A stretch of DNA of 64,000 bases from Caecitellus pseudoparvulus. Lineage: Eukaryota > Protista > Bigyra: Bicosoecida. How positions within the stretch are numbered: position 1 is the first letter of the stretch; every line of letters begins with the position of its first letter. The notes under the pieces were generated by a model, which worked only from the letters and a program-made list of their open reading frames with translations, was not told the origin of the DNA and did no database searches. Below, one piece after another: positions 12,858 through 23,974 of this stretch. Where the stretch lies: contig CBFFRQ010000032.1 in the NCBI GenBank assembly GCA_965644315.1, forward strand, positions 744,001-808,000, read 5' to 3'. Made by a program: the position numbers and the translations under genes.

Positions 12858-13697
12858 ATGGCTGCGGCGGAAGCAGCTGAGCATATGGTGACGCTATGGC
12901 AGGAGGGGGTTCTGGAGCGCATCGGGGCACTGTGCCCCATTTGCATGGAAACGGCCAGCCAGCCATGCTTGGTGCTGTGCTGCGGGGCGGTGTATTGCAC
13001 TCCATGTCTGCGCACCTGGCACAAGGTGGCTGCCACCTGCCCCACATGCAAGGCAAGTATACAGACAGCCGTCACAGGCATCAATGTGCCGCCTGTCCTG
13101 TACACGGTGGTGGACCTGGCCACTGGCGCCCATCGGAGCAGCCTGGAGCCGTACGGCTGGCGCCGGTGTGTGTATACCTTCCACGCCACCACTGTGCCAG
13201 CCCTGCCGAGGCGACGACTACCGGCAGGGGTGCTGTGCCACCCCACTGCTCGAAAGCTCCGCCTGTGGGTGTGGCGTGACGTGCAGGCCATCACTGCCGG
13301 TGAAGGCGCCGACATCGTGTACAGTGTGGTGGAGGCGGCGCTGGAGAAGCACGGCAGCCAGGCGGCCATGCGAAACGGAGCTTTGCTTGACGTGCTGCCG
13401 GGTTCTACAGCGCAGACCCTAGTCGTGGAACTGGAGCAGTTCGTGGCCTCTGGCACGGAAAGAGCCGAGCATGATGCACTGCTCAGGCAGCGCCATGTGT
13501 GGCGCTGTTCTGATCCAGACGTGGCTTGGTTGAAAACTGCACCAAGCGCACATGGGGCTTCCATCTCACCAGACGCGCTGCGCAGGTTGCAGGTGGCCGG
13601 GGGGGCGCAGGGGTGCCCCATCCAGTCGCCTACCGCCCCCGGCCACTGTGCCTCTCCTGCACCTGCGGCTCCAGCAGATCAAAGCCCTTCCAAATAG
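12858..13697 (+). CDS. RING-finger E3 ligase, Topors-like
   Basis: CPIC..CCGAVYCTPCLRTW..TCPTCK RING; downstream LRLWVWRDVQA and ELEQFVAS resemble the Topors helical region. Confidence 0.7.
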   Translation: MAAAEAAEHMVTLWQEGVLERIGALCPICMETASQPCLVLCCGAVYCTPCLRTWHKVAATCPTCKASIQTAVTGINVPPVLYTVVDLATGAHRSSLEPYGWRRCVYTFHATTVPALPRRRLPAGVLCHPTARKLRLWVWRDVQAITAGEGADIVYSVVEAALEKHGSQAAMRNGALLDVLPGSTAQTLVVELEQFVASGTERAEHDALLRQRHVWRCSDPDVAWLKTAPSAHGASISPDALRRLQVAGGAQGCPIQSPTAPGHCASPAPAAPADQSPSK

Positions 13698-14716
13698 CCA
13701 CGCCCATGCCTGCAAAGAGGGCCAGCTGCAGGGGCCACCAAGCACGCCTGGCTGCTCTGCCTGCCCTGTGCACCTCTGCCCGCTGGCGGTAGTAGTCCCG
13801 CTCCATGGGCCCACGGTCCGCGAACGCGACACCGTACCGTTTCCAGCGAGCCTCCTTGCGAATGTTCTCTGCTTCTGCTGCGCCAGCTTGTGGGGAACCC
13901 GTGAAGGCCGCTCGCCAGCCAGCTGTGATTGGGCGGTTGGGACGGCGCACAGTGCGGTCGGGGCGACGCATTTCTTGCCGCACATTGCGCACCTTGCTGT
14001 GACTCCTTGTACCGTTCGTAGATGGCTTCCTCACTCTGCGCCGCAGAGGGCCCGAAATGCATGCGGTTCCACTCGTCGAAGTCGAACTGTGCGTGTGGTG
14101 CAAGGGAAGGGGTGGCTGACGTGGCGTGCATGAGGGGGCCAAGTGCCGCACCGCACCTGCTCTGAAGCCTCCGGGCGCTGGTTGTACTGCTTGTAGAACT
14201 CAGCACGGGTGGACTTGACATCAAAGCCCATTTGGGCGGCCCACTCTCGGATGCGGGCATCGTCAGAGGCAGAGTTGGCGCCGCCGAAAGGGGCTGCATG
14301 TCCCCCACCTCGCCGCCCAGCTGAGCCACCTCCAGCCCACGGGTTGCTCAGATCGTACGACCGGCGCTCGACCTTGTCTGACAGCACACCGTATGCTTCA
14401 CTAATCGTCTTGAATTTGGCCTCACTCTCCTGCGCCTCGTGCGAGTCGTGGCGTGCATAGGGCTTCTGTCACTGCAGGCGTTTCGCGCCTGCGTTTCGCT
14501 CACAGCGTCGTCCTTGTTCAGATCCGGGTGGTACTGCTTTGCTGTGGGGAGGGGAGGGCGACCAGCACAGGGAAAGCATGAGCGTTTCGACGGGGAGCAG
14601 CACCTGTGTCATGCCGCCTCACCGAGCTTCCTGTATGCCGCCTTGATGTCCTTTTCACTGGCAGCCCGGCCAACACCCAGCTCTGCGTAGAAGTCAACGG
14701 CACCTGCAGCAGCCAT
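13630..14716 (-). CDS. DnaJ (J-domain) protein with C-terminal transmembrane segment, DNAJC30-like
   Basis: Spliced: MAAAGAVDFYAELGV..DIKAAYRKLAKQYHPD..KFKTISEAYGVLSD..RRSYD; FDFDEW..HFG motif; C-terminal WWPLQLALFAGMGVAIW; stop at 13630-13632. Confidence 0.8.
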
Positions 14717-15036
14717 TGTGAGGTTTTACGCCAAGAGTGCCACACTAGCTGCATGTCCCACGTGCAGAGCAACTGAAGGCCACGGTTGGGGCGTGGCCGG
14801 GGCCATTTCCCATGCGTGCGGGCTGATTTACCGCGGCGTCCCAATTTGTCTGGGTGGCAGGGATCCTTGCAGGGGGTCTGAGGGCCGGGAACCTCGCACA
14901 CACCAAAACGTTTCTTGTGGACTTGTGGGATGCAGTGCGATACAGGCCGTTTCGTTGCCCAACATCGCCCTGGGGCTTTCCGTTCTCTGCGTGGCGATGC
15001 ACTTGTTTTCGAGGGCTGGGGTCGAATTCCGCAACC

Positions 15037-17191
15037 ATGCCACTCCGGCACCGCATCTTGCAGTATGCCATGCGCTTGGTGGGCGCAGATAACTCCAAGC
15101 TGCTCATGTACACTGTTGCTGCATGGTTGCTGCGGCATGGGAGCCAGGCCTCCATGAGTGGGGGTGCCAGCGTGGACAACATGTGAGCGTGGTGTGCCGC
15201 CCTGGGCACGGTCCAGGCTTTGCACGTGCCATGCCGTCGCCCGCTTGCGCAGGGTGACGTTTTTCCGTCGCCTCTTGCCCTCCGAACTGGCTGGTAGTGG
15301 TCTCGTGCTCACAACATTGGCGTCAGTGCAGCTCGTGCGTTCCTTCCAGCGCAAACCCCTGGCGTGGTGGGCGGCAGCTGGAATGCTGGCCCAGGCAGCC
15401 GCTTCATACGCCCGAGGCGTGTGGCACCAGGTGCAGGCGCCCCACGTGGCTCAGCGTGCCCTAGCATCAGTAGGCATCCCCACTCCCTCCCTCCGCGCGC
15501 CTTGGTCCTTGCGAGAAGCCCTGGCCGGGGCGGTGCTGCCCAGCAGCTCCGTGCTGTGGCACAGCGGCCTCCGGCAGGCGTCCCTGGCGTACTGGACCTT
15601 TGACGACACGCGCAAGCCCCTGAAGGTGGACATCATCTGGGACCCGTCCTTGACGCGCGCAGGCGGTGCGGGGGTGTTCCTGTACTACCCTGGTGGCGGG
15701 TGGGTCACTGGGCACCGGCGGGTGGGCTCTCGCCCCCTCCTGTATCAGCTGGCTTCTGCTGGCTGGGTGGTCATCACCGCCACGTACCGCCTGTCACCCA
15801 CCGTGGTGTGGCCGACGCACCTCGTGGACTGCAAGCGCGCGCTGGTGTGGGTCAAGCGCAACGCAGCAGCCTTCGGCGGTGACCCGAACTGCATCGTCGT
15901 GTCGGGGGACAGTGCAGGTGGACACCTCGCCAGCCTGGTGGCGCTGACTCCCAACGACCCCTCCCTGCAGCGCAGCTCCCCTGGCGTGGACACCTCCGTG
16001 GCAGGCGTCGTGGACCTGTACGGCGTGGTGGACCTCACAGACAGCGGCCACAGCATCACGCGCCGGGACCCGGCACGGGCCGTCTCCCTCCTCATCAACA
16101 TCGTCATGCGCAAGCGGTACACGCGCTCCCGGCATGCGTACGCCGAGGCATCCCCTCTGCACCACGTGCTGGGCAGGCCCCACCTCCTGCGCCAAGTGGG
16201 CATGGGCACAGGGCAGGCGGAGCGCCATGCTGGGCGTGCCTCGGCAGCCCTCGTGGCAGATGCGCATGCGGCAGTGGAGGGGGGCATCCTGCCGGGCGCA
16301 GAGGGGGGTGCCGGCGGCGCCGTGGGCTTCTTCCTCAAGCACGCCCTGGGTGTCCCCGTGGGCGCTGCAGCGTCCCCTGAGGGCGCACCTCAGAGCAAAC
16401 TCAGTGAGCTGGAGCAAGCTCTGGGGGACCACCTTGCTCGGGCGGCGGCGGCGGCTGACGGGGGCCGCGGCATGTGGGCGCCGCCCCAGCTGAACGTCAT
16501 GGGGGGGCTGCATGCGCCCACGGTGGGAAGGCAAGGTGGGCCCATGCCCTCCACGTGGCTGCGCCCACGTGCAGTGCACATGGCGCAAGAGGGCGGGTAT
16601 CACGCCAACCCGCCGCCCACGCCCCACCCCTGGTCCACGCTGGCCGATGACGTGTACACAGGGCGGGACCAGGAGGACATGGGAGTGGAGTGGGGCCCCC
16701 ACGCTGAGCACGGTGAGGGGGGTCGGCACCGTCGGCGCCCCCGACATGCCCGGCCCTTCGTGCCCACTGGCCGCTTTGCTGACGCAGCCGGGCAGCGCCT
16801 GCCAGACGAGGAGTGGCAGTCCATCCTGCACAGCGAGCCAGCAGAGCAGGTGGAGCAGCCAGACGTCCCGCCTTTCTTCATCATCCACGGCACCAACGAC
16901 AGCCTGGTGCCAGTGCAGGACTCCCTGCGCATGTACAGGGCGCTGCAGCACCGACGTGCAGCGGATGGCGGACACCACGCGCACGGCAAGGACTGCTTGC
17001 TGGTCCTGCCCCACGCCCACCATGCCTTCAACTACATCACGTCCTGGCGCACCCTCGCTGCGGGGCGCAGTGTCGTGGACTTTGTGAATGCGCTGCGCAG
17101 CAGGGTGCTGGCGCTGCGTGGGGGGGGCCAGGAGCTCCCCGAGAAGCCCCTGGATGTATCGGCACACGCCCTGACACAGGCAAAACTGTGA
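15037..17191 (+). CDS. Alpha/beta hydrolase, hormone-sensitive lipase (HSL) family esterase
   Basis: YPGGGW oxyanion motif, YRLSP, GDSAGG nucleophile, HGTNDSLVP (Asp), HHAF (His). Probable intron 15183-15252; start codon inferred. Confidence 0.85.
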
Positions 17192-17299
17192 CGCAATGCA
17201 TTTTTTTCACGGCCTGTTGGCATGCTGGGTGCTGCAAGCCTCGCACAACCTGCACAAATTGCAGGAGTGCGGAGTGGCTGGACCAATTTCCGCAGAGCC

Positions 17300-19027
17300 A
17301 TGGCGGCTGCGGAGGAGCCACGGCTCCCCTTGGAGCAACTAAACGCCCACTTGAAACAGTTCCTGCAGCTCATGGAGCAGGGGAGGGATCCAAGGAAGGT
17401 GAGGCGCGCGCACAGCGTGCCTTGCGTCGCCAGGGCAGGTGCAGCATGGTGGCCACTGATGCATTCCTCGCAGTCGGCGGCGTGGAAGAGCATGGGGGAC
17501 AGAGACAAGCGCCGCATCGCCTCAGCGCTGCGCAAGGGCCGCACCACCATCACCCCAAAGAAGTCAGACTCGCGTGTGGTCCAGTCCCCCCCCATGGCGC
17601 CGCCAGCTGCTGCCGTCGTGCACGGGGCGACGGCGCTGGGGAGTGCCTTGCTGGGGCATGGCGGCGTGCCTGGAGGGGTGGCACCCCTGCCACCCCCTCC
17701 CCTGTCGGCACTGCCCCCCTCCCTGCCACCAGCGCCAGCGCCACCTGCCAAGCGCCCCCGTCGTGAGGCAAACGGCGCCCGGCGGCGGTACAATTCGCGG
17801 GGGCGGGGTGCCATTGCGTACAAGTACTACTTGGAGGATGACGTGGTGACGGATGAAGAAGCAGAGGGCGGGGATGGGGATAAGGAGGCAGGGGGTGGCG
17901 AAGAGCCCAGCACGGCGGCGAAGGGCGCCACCGCCCCCCTGCCCGCCAGCACGTCGCCGCCCCCTGACACGCCCCCGCCTGCTGCCCTCCTCTCAGCCAG
18001 CGAAGCCAAGGAGGAAGTGCGTGCCCGACGCAGGGCGAAACGTGCCCGGCTCAAGGCGCAGCGCAAGGGCATGCCCGTGAAGCGCTTCAAATGGCGCGTG
18101 CTGCCGGAAGGCTGTCCCTTCCACCGCGAGGTGCGGGCCATGATGTTCGCGTTCGGGGACTGCAACGTGCCTTCGCCGGCTGCCGCGGTGCTGCTGGAGC
18201 GGGACGCCATTGCCTGGGCCCACACCGCTGTCCTGCAGCTGCGGCAGCTGTTACCAGGCACATCCCAGCGCCTGACGCTGAAGCACATCCACCACTTCAT
18301 GCCGGGCTCCACGGCAGCTTACTTTCGCTGGAAGAGCATGCGTGGGCTGGCCAAGGGATCCGGGGGCTCAGGGGATGAGGCGGAGGCGGAGGCGGCGGGG
18401 GGCGTGTCCACCCTGGCGGACGTGGGGGGGGAGGAGGACGCCGACAATGCTGAGCTGGAGAGGGAGTTGTTGGCGGAGGCGGAGGAGGCCCTGCGGGAAG
18501 GTGGGCCCACCCCCCCCTCTGCGCGCTCTGCAGCCTTGCGCGCTTTCGCCGCCCGCCTGCACTTTGCCAACACGCGCTCGGCGGGCATGACAGCGGCCCG
18601 GTACGAGGAGTACCGGCGTTGCCGCGAGGCATACTTCTCAGGCACGCCCACTCTGCGCAGGCAGTTCGCGGCAGCCCTGCCCCCTCCCGCCCTGCCCGGC
18701 CCCTGCTTGGAGGCACTGGCGTACATTGCTTACGACCGACTTGGGTCGGTGGTGGAGGCAGCCTGCAAGGTGGCTTTCAACGGCGTGTTGCAGGGCGCCA
18801 CGACCCCCCTGCACGAAACCACGTACAAGGCGGCTCTGGCCGCCCTGCCTGCCGAGGCACCTGAGCTGGCCTTTCACCGTGCAGCAGGGGCGGCAGGAGC
18901 GGCGGATGGTGCTGTGCCAGCACTGGCGACTTCGGCCAGCGCCCTTGCCGCGGCACGCACGACGCTGGCGGCACGTCTGGCTGGGCAAGAGGCAGAGCAG
19001 CGGCAGGAGCATGAGCATGAGCCATGA
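17300..19027 (+). CDS. SPT3: SAGA complex subunit Spt3 (two histone-fold halves)
   Basis: FHREVRAMMFAFGD..P..AAVLLE; RLHFANTRSAGMT..YEEYRRCREAYF; LEALAYIAYDRLGSVVEAA. In-frame intron 17399-17473. Confidence 0.8.
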   Translation: MAAAEEPRLPLEQLNAHLKQFLQLMEQGRDPRKVRRAHSVPCVARAGAAWWPLMHSSQSAAWKSMGDRDKRRIASALRKGRTTITPKKSDSRVVQSPPMAPPAAAVVHGATALGSALLGHGGVPGGVAPLPPPPLSALPPSLPPAPAPPAKRPRREANGARRRYNSRGRGAIAYKYYLEDDVVTDEEAEGGDGDKEAGGGEEPSTAAKGATAPLPASTSPPPDTPPPAALLSASEAKEEVRARRRAKRARLKAQRKGMPVKRFKWRVLPEGCPFHREVRAMMFAFGDCNVPSPAAAVLLERDAIAWAHTAVLQLRQLLPGTSQRLTLKHIHHFMPGSTAAYFRWKSMRGLAKGSGGSGDEAEAEAAGGVSTLADVGGEEDADNAELERELLAEAEEALREGGPTPPSARSAALRAFAARLHFANTRSAGMTAARYEEYRRCREAYFSGTPTLRRQFAAALPPPALPGPCLEALAYIAYDRLGSVVEAACKVAFNGVLQGATTPLHETTYKAALAALPAEAPELAFHRAAGAAGAADGAVPALATSASALAAARTTLAARLAGQEAEQRQEHEHEP

Positions 19028-19169
19028 AGTGCATTGGCGTGGTGGTGTCCAGGCGCTGCACTCAGGCACATTTGGACGGAGCATTGATTGCAGAATGCGG
19101 GGGCTGGGTGGGGGAGTCACGGGCTGTGCTTGAAGCTCTCAACGCGCTGCAGAGGAAGCCAGGCCCGTG

Positions 19170-20887
19170 TCAGGTCTCGTCCTCACTGGCGGCGCTGCCC
19201 ATGTCCAGGTGGATGTCCCCACCGTCACTGCCCCCCAGCTCTAGGTCCAGTTCACCCTCCTCGTCCCCTGGCAGCTGAGCACTGGGCAGGTCACGGGGTG
19301 TGCTGGAAGTGGGAGGGCTGGAGCCAGGGGTGGGCGAGGGGGTCCCCTGCACCACCAGCTCGATGTCCCCCTCCCCCGCCTCATCCAGGGTGTCCACGCC
19401 CAGCCCCCCTCCCGCATGCACCTCCTCCACCATGTCCCTGCTCTCAGCGTCCATGTCCCCCGTGTCCACCGGCTGGGAGTACTGCAGGTACTGCTGCGTG
19501 CGGGCAGAGGGGGCCCAGATGTACGCCACCGTGACCATGCCGAGGAAGTACAGCAGGTCGAAGATGCGCTCGAAGACCCACTGCCAGCGCCAGTTGATGG
19601 GCAGCACGTCGGCTGCCACCAGCACCATGGCGATGTTGGTGAGGAACCACACGAACACGAAGGCGTTGAGGACGGAGGAGAGGCGCTCGTACATGGCCAC
19701 CTTGGCCGTCTGCCCCGTGCTGCGCAGGAGGTTGGTGGTCTGCGTCAAGTTGCTCAGCACGCCGAAGATGAGGATGAAATTCAACGTGACGACGGGCAGC
19801 TGCCACAGCGTGGGGCGCACTTGGTACTCCACCAGCCCCCGCACGGTGGAGTTGATGCCGAACGCCAGCAGCAGCAGCCACAGCCCCAGCAGCTGCAGGG
19901 TCTGCGGCCGGGTGAGCTTCTCGTGCACGACACCGAAGCCGAGGCACACCGCGAAGAGGGCGATGCCAGAGCCGCTGGTCTTGAACACTGACAGCACTGC
20001 CGCTGCGATGACCGAGGAGGCGACGGGGCAGCAGGTGGGGGCGCCGGTGGCGTTGTTGCTGAGGTACATGATGAAGTACGTGATGGTTTCCAGCAGGCCC
20101 AGGAAGCCCACGCCCAAGACGACGTACTGCAGGCGCAGAAGGTGCTCCCGGTTCATGAGCATGAGCGTACCGAAGACGAGGAGGAAGAGCGCGTAGCCGC
20201 AGAAGAGCGACCCCCACCAGGGCAGCATGGCGTAGAAGGCGCCCGGCACGAAGCCGTACGGGTTGCGGAACGTGACAGTGGCGTCCACCGCCACGTCCAC
20301 GGAGGCTGACGAGTCCTTGGCGCACACTGCAAAGAGCACCTTCTGCACGCCGGTGCGGTGCACGGGGCCCTTGCCTTCAATGGTGTCTTCACCAGGCAAG
20401 TCCTTTCGGACCAGCTTAGGCCAGCCTCGGGGCGCGTTGACGATGACACTCCCCAGGTCTCCTTCAGACGCACAGCCTGGCAGGTCGGCGCTGAGGTGCT
20501 GCTCAGTGCAGCACAGATCCACACCCTGGCTGGCGGCCAAGCCGACGCTGGAATTGCTGAACTCGTCGTAGAACACCATGTTGGCGACCAGGTCCGCAGT
20601 TTCTGCAGCATGGATCTTAGCTTTCAATGCCACGTACGACAGTCCACTGCCAAAGGGTGTCTGCGACGGGTGGCACCTCAGGGCCAGGCGTGCGGAAGTT
20701 GCTTCCACGGCACTGCCAACGCAGCGCCTCTCACGTCGGCAGGGGCGAACATGGGCCCTTCTGAAAGTATGCGGTTGTACTCAGCATCTGTCATGTGAAA
20801 CGAGTACTCATACTTGTACCCAGCCGTCACCAGGAGCCCTGCCAGGAGCAGCAAGGCGCCGAGACCGCTGCGACAGTGCAGCGCCAT
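19170..20887 (-). CDS. GOST/Lung seven-TM family protein (TMEM87-like)
   Basis: Signal peptide; CC..C lumenal domain; FRNPYGFVP; LLRLQY; AKVAMYERL; WRWQW; YIWAPSARTQQY; acidic tail. Intron 20661-20734. Confidence 0.85.
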
Positions 20888-21101
20888 GATTGACGCTGGC
20901 CAAGGATGAGGTGGCGCGAGTTGGCCTGCCCCAGGCCGCGGACTCTACTCCAGCCAGAAATCTCAAAGGAAGTCTTGGTTTTTTGTAATTCCGGGATGTT
21001 GCCGCCTTCGGCGTGTGTTCCATGAACTGCATTGCGCTCCGCGCTGGGCCTTTCCCTGCAACTGCCAGCGCAGCCCGCCACCTTGCCTGGTGCAGGGCAT
21101 G

Positions 21102-22222
21102 TCATGGCAGCCCAGGCACTGGGCCAGCACCCGCTGCACCTGCAGCCTCTTCCCGTAGGCGCTTCTCGTGCTGCTCGGCCTGCGCGCGAGGAGGGAAGTG
21201 GAGGAGTGGTTTGCAACGTGCGCGTGCGAGGGGGGGGGCTGGGGAGCTCGCGACGCACCATGAGCTTGCGGATGGTGGCTTGCGTTTCTTCGTCATACTC
21301 CGTCACTTGGCGAGTGGAGTCCACCCGGGTGGCGTCGATGGTGGGGTGGCCCTCCAGCACACTGCGCCACCAAGTCTCCGTGCCCTTCTCAAGCGCCAGC
21401 GTCAACACCGCCCCGGCAGCCTCCCGCTCCAGCGTCCACAGGCAGTCCCCCGCCTTGACATCACCGCCGAGAGTGCCCTGCAGCGCGATGGGCGGGTGGC
21501 CTGGCACAGCCACTCGCAAGTTCAGGGCGGTGGGCGAGAACGTGCATGTGACGTGGCTGGACTTCACCGCGGCAGGCACAGGCACGTGGACTGTGGTGTC
21601 GTATATCGTCTGTGTCCACACGTACTGCCCGTCTGGGCCCACTCCCCCGTTGCCAATGGGGACCTGGTGCCCTTCTGCAGTGACGCGGGGCCGTTGCTGC
21701 GTTGTGGGTTGACTTGACGCGGCCACCGTCGCAGGCACTTGGGCGGGGGCTGCGGTGGGAGCTGGATCTGAGACATGCTGCTTGGGCGTTTTTGCTGGAG
21801 CCGCCTCGGTGCGCGCTTGTGGCGCCTTGGCCTTGCCCGGCTCAGCTACAGCCGCGGCAGTGGAAGGTTGCTGGGCGGAGTGGGAGTGCCGTGCCGACTG
21901 GGCCGCTCCATGGTCTCGAGGCGAGCCATCTGGGTGTTTCATTGGAAATGAACGAAACGCTTGCAGGACCTGCGAGCGCAAGGAGGTCCCGTGTGGTCGC
22001 GAGCGCGGGCTGCATGGGTGGGAGTTTCGCCGTCGTTTCGATACCCACCAGCGCCTCTGCAGCTCCCTCAGCGAAGCCCATCGGGCGCTTTGGCCGGGGG
22101 TCAACGATGTAAAAGTCGGTCCGTTCATGCATGAAGCGGAAGAAGTGTTGCAGCAAAGGCTGGATCCCCCCGCTCCGCTGCGCGGCCTCCATAAACAGAT
22201 CCTCCACGCCAGCGCCTGCCAT
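21102..22222 (-). CDS. NudC-family CS/p23 domain co-chaperone (NUDCD3-like)
   Basis: GGIQPLLQHFFRFMHERTDFY N-domain; GNGG..YVWTQT..CLWTLE..LEK..TWWRSVLEGHPTID..YDEETQATIRKLM. Two introns. Confidence 0.85.
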
Positions 22223-22370
22223 GGTCTTGTGTGGCAGAGTGTGTTGGTGGCACCCGCGCGGCTTGAAACTCAGCAAGTGAAGCAGATCTGCATTCCAATA
22301 CACCATGCCTCAAACGCTTGGTGCAGATTGAATTGCGCCCCGCGTGTCTGCGGCCACCGCCCCCTGGCCG

Positions 22371-23825
22371 TCACCGGATCTCATGCTGCGACAACGTGTC
22401 CATGAGGCTGCTGCCACCCAACGCACTGCCGTTGCCACCAGGGGATGCGGGGGGGGGTGCCTGTGCTGGGGGACCTGCCTGAGCAGGAGCCGGCGGTGCG
22501 CCCCCCCCCCCGCCCCCCACCACTGACGTCAGGGCCGAGCCCAGTGAGGAGAATATGGAGCCAGCCACGCCGGCTGCCGAGGCGGCACTGTCTCGCGCCG
22601 CCTTGACGCGTCTGATCTCCTCCGGCGTGAAGTGCAGGACAGTGGCGATGGTGGCCTCCAGCGTCCGGCGAATGCTGCCGTCGTGCGCGCACATGTACTG
22701 CAGCAGGACATTCCGCAAGTACTCTGCTCCCGCGGCAGTGAGGAGGGAATCGTCCACCGCCTGCACGGTGCTGTCTGCGCCCTCCAATTCCGCAACGCGC
22801 GCCTTGAGCGCGGCGATGGTCTCCACCTTGCCCCGCAGCAGGCCCACAGCCTGCGACCGGTACGTGGAAAACTCCTGCTGAAGCTTGGCCAGCTGCACAG
22901 CGGGGGGGGCGTCGCCCGTGCCGCCACTGGCCGCTGGCCGATGAGGCGTGGCAGCAGGCGCCGCGCCGCCCAACGCCGCCTCAGCCTCCAGGCACCGCAG
23001 GCGCCAAGCTTCCACTTCGTCCTTGGTGGAGGTGTGGGCAGCCCTCGTGCTCTGCACTTCTTTCCGCAGGCGCTCCACTCGCACGGACAGTTCGGCCCGC
23101 TCATGTGCGACTGCCGCCAGCTCCTGCTGCGTTGCCCGAAGCTCGGCCTTGATGTCTGTCAGCGCAGCAAGCGGCACAGTGCCCTCGGCATGCACAGCGG
23201 GACGGGGTGGCAGCGGCTCCTGTGTAGCCTGAGCTTGCGTTTCTGGAACGCCGGCCTCCTTCAGCTGGCGGATGGTTGTGTTGGCCGACACGCGAAACTT
23301 GCGGAATTCCTCCTCACACGCAGCCAGGCGCTGTTTGGCGGCATCGTGCCGCAGGCGCAGCTCCTCGGCTGCTGCCGGGGATATGAAGGGCCCTGGCAGC
23401 TCCATGCCCGGGCTCAAATACGGCTGAACCGACTGGCGCAGCACCCAGCCGCGTGCCAAGCAGCGGCCTGGCTCACCTGGCCTATCGGGCACGGTGCGCG
23501 CGCACGCCAGCAGCCACTCCTCCGAGTCACCCCCCGCACCGCCGTCGCAGTGCACGATGGCTTGGACCCCGACATCGAACGCCTCTTCCGTGGTGGCCAG
23601 CGCCTCCAAGTCAAAGCCCCTGCTTGTAGCTGGCTCGGTCCCCGCCGGGCGCGTGCCCTCCTTGGCGGCAAGCGAGGCTTGCAGCGCAGCAATGGAGGCA
23701 TCTCGCTCCTGCACATCAGCCCTGGCCGAGGACAGCGCCGTGCGCAGCTTGCCCACAAGCTCCTTGTACTTCGCCAGCCGCGCAGTCGCGTCCAGCTCGG
23801 GCGCGGGAGCGCCAGCGCTGGCCAT
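22371..23825 (-). CDS. Coiled-coil golgin with C-terminal GRIP domain
   Basis: Long coiled coil, then EYLRNVLLQYM..TLEATIATVLHFTPEE (GRIP). Confidence 0.8.
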   Translation of the reverse strand: MASAGAPAPELDATARLAKYKELVGKLRTALSSARADVQERDASIAALQASLAAKEGTRPAGTEPATSRGFDLEALATTEEAFDVGVQAIVHCDGGAGGDSEEWLLACARTVPDRPGEPGRCLARGWVLRQSVQPYLSPGMELPGPFISPAAAEELRLRHDAAKQRLAACEEEFRKFRVSANTTIRQLKEAGVPETQAQATQEPLPPRPAVHAEGTVPLAALTDIKAELRATQQELAAVAHERAELSVRVERLRKEVQSTRAAHTSTKDEVEAWRLRCLEAEAALGGAAPAATPHRPAASGGTGDAPPAVQLAKLQQEFSTYRSQAVGLLRGKVETIAALKARVAELEGADSTVQAVDDSLLTAAGAEYLRNVLLQYMCAHDGSIRRTLEATIATVLHFTPEEIRRVKAARDSAASAAGVAGSIFSSLGSALTSVVGGGGGGAPPAPAQAGPPAQAPPPASPGGNGSALGGSSLMDTLSQHEIR

Positions 23826-23974
23826 GCGGAAATTGGGCTGCTCCAGCACCTCCTCCCTCTCCACGTGGCGCGTGGAGCAGGCCAGTCACACAGGCCAGGA
23901 CGAGTGAATGGTTCATGCAAGACAAGTCATCGCGGTTGTGCTCCACCCAGTGCTGTCTGTTCAGATGTGCATTG

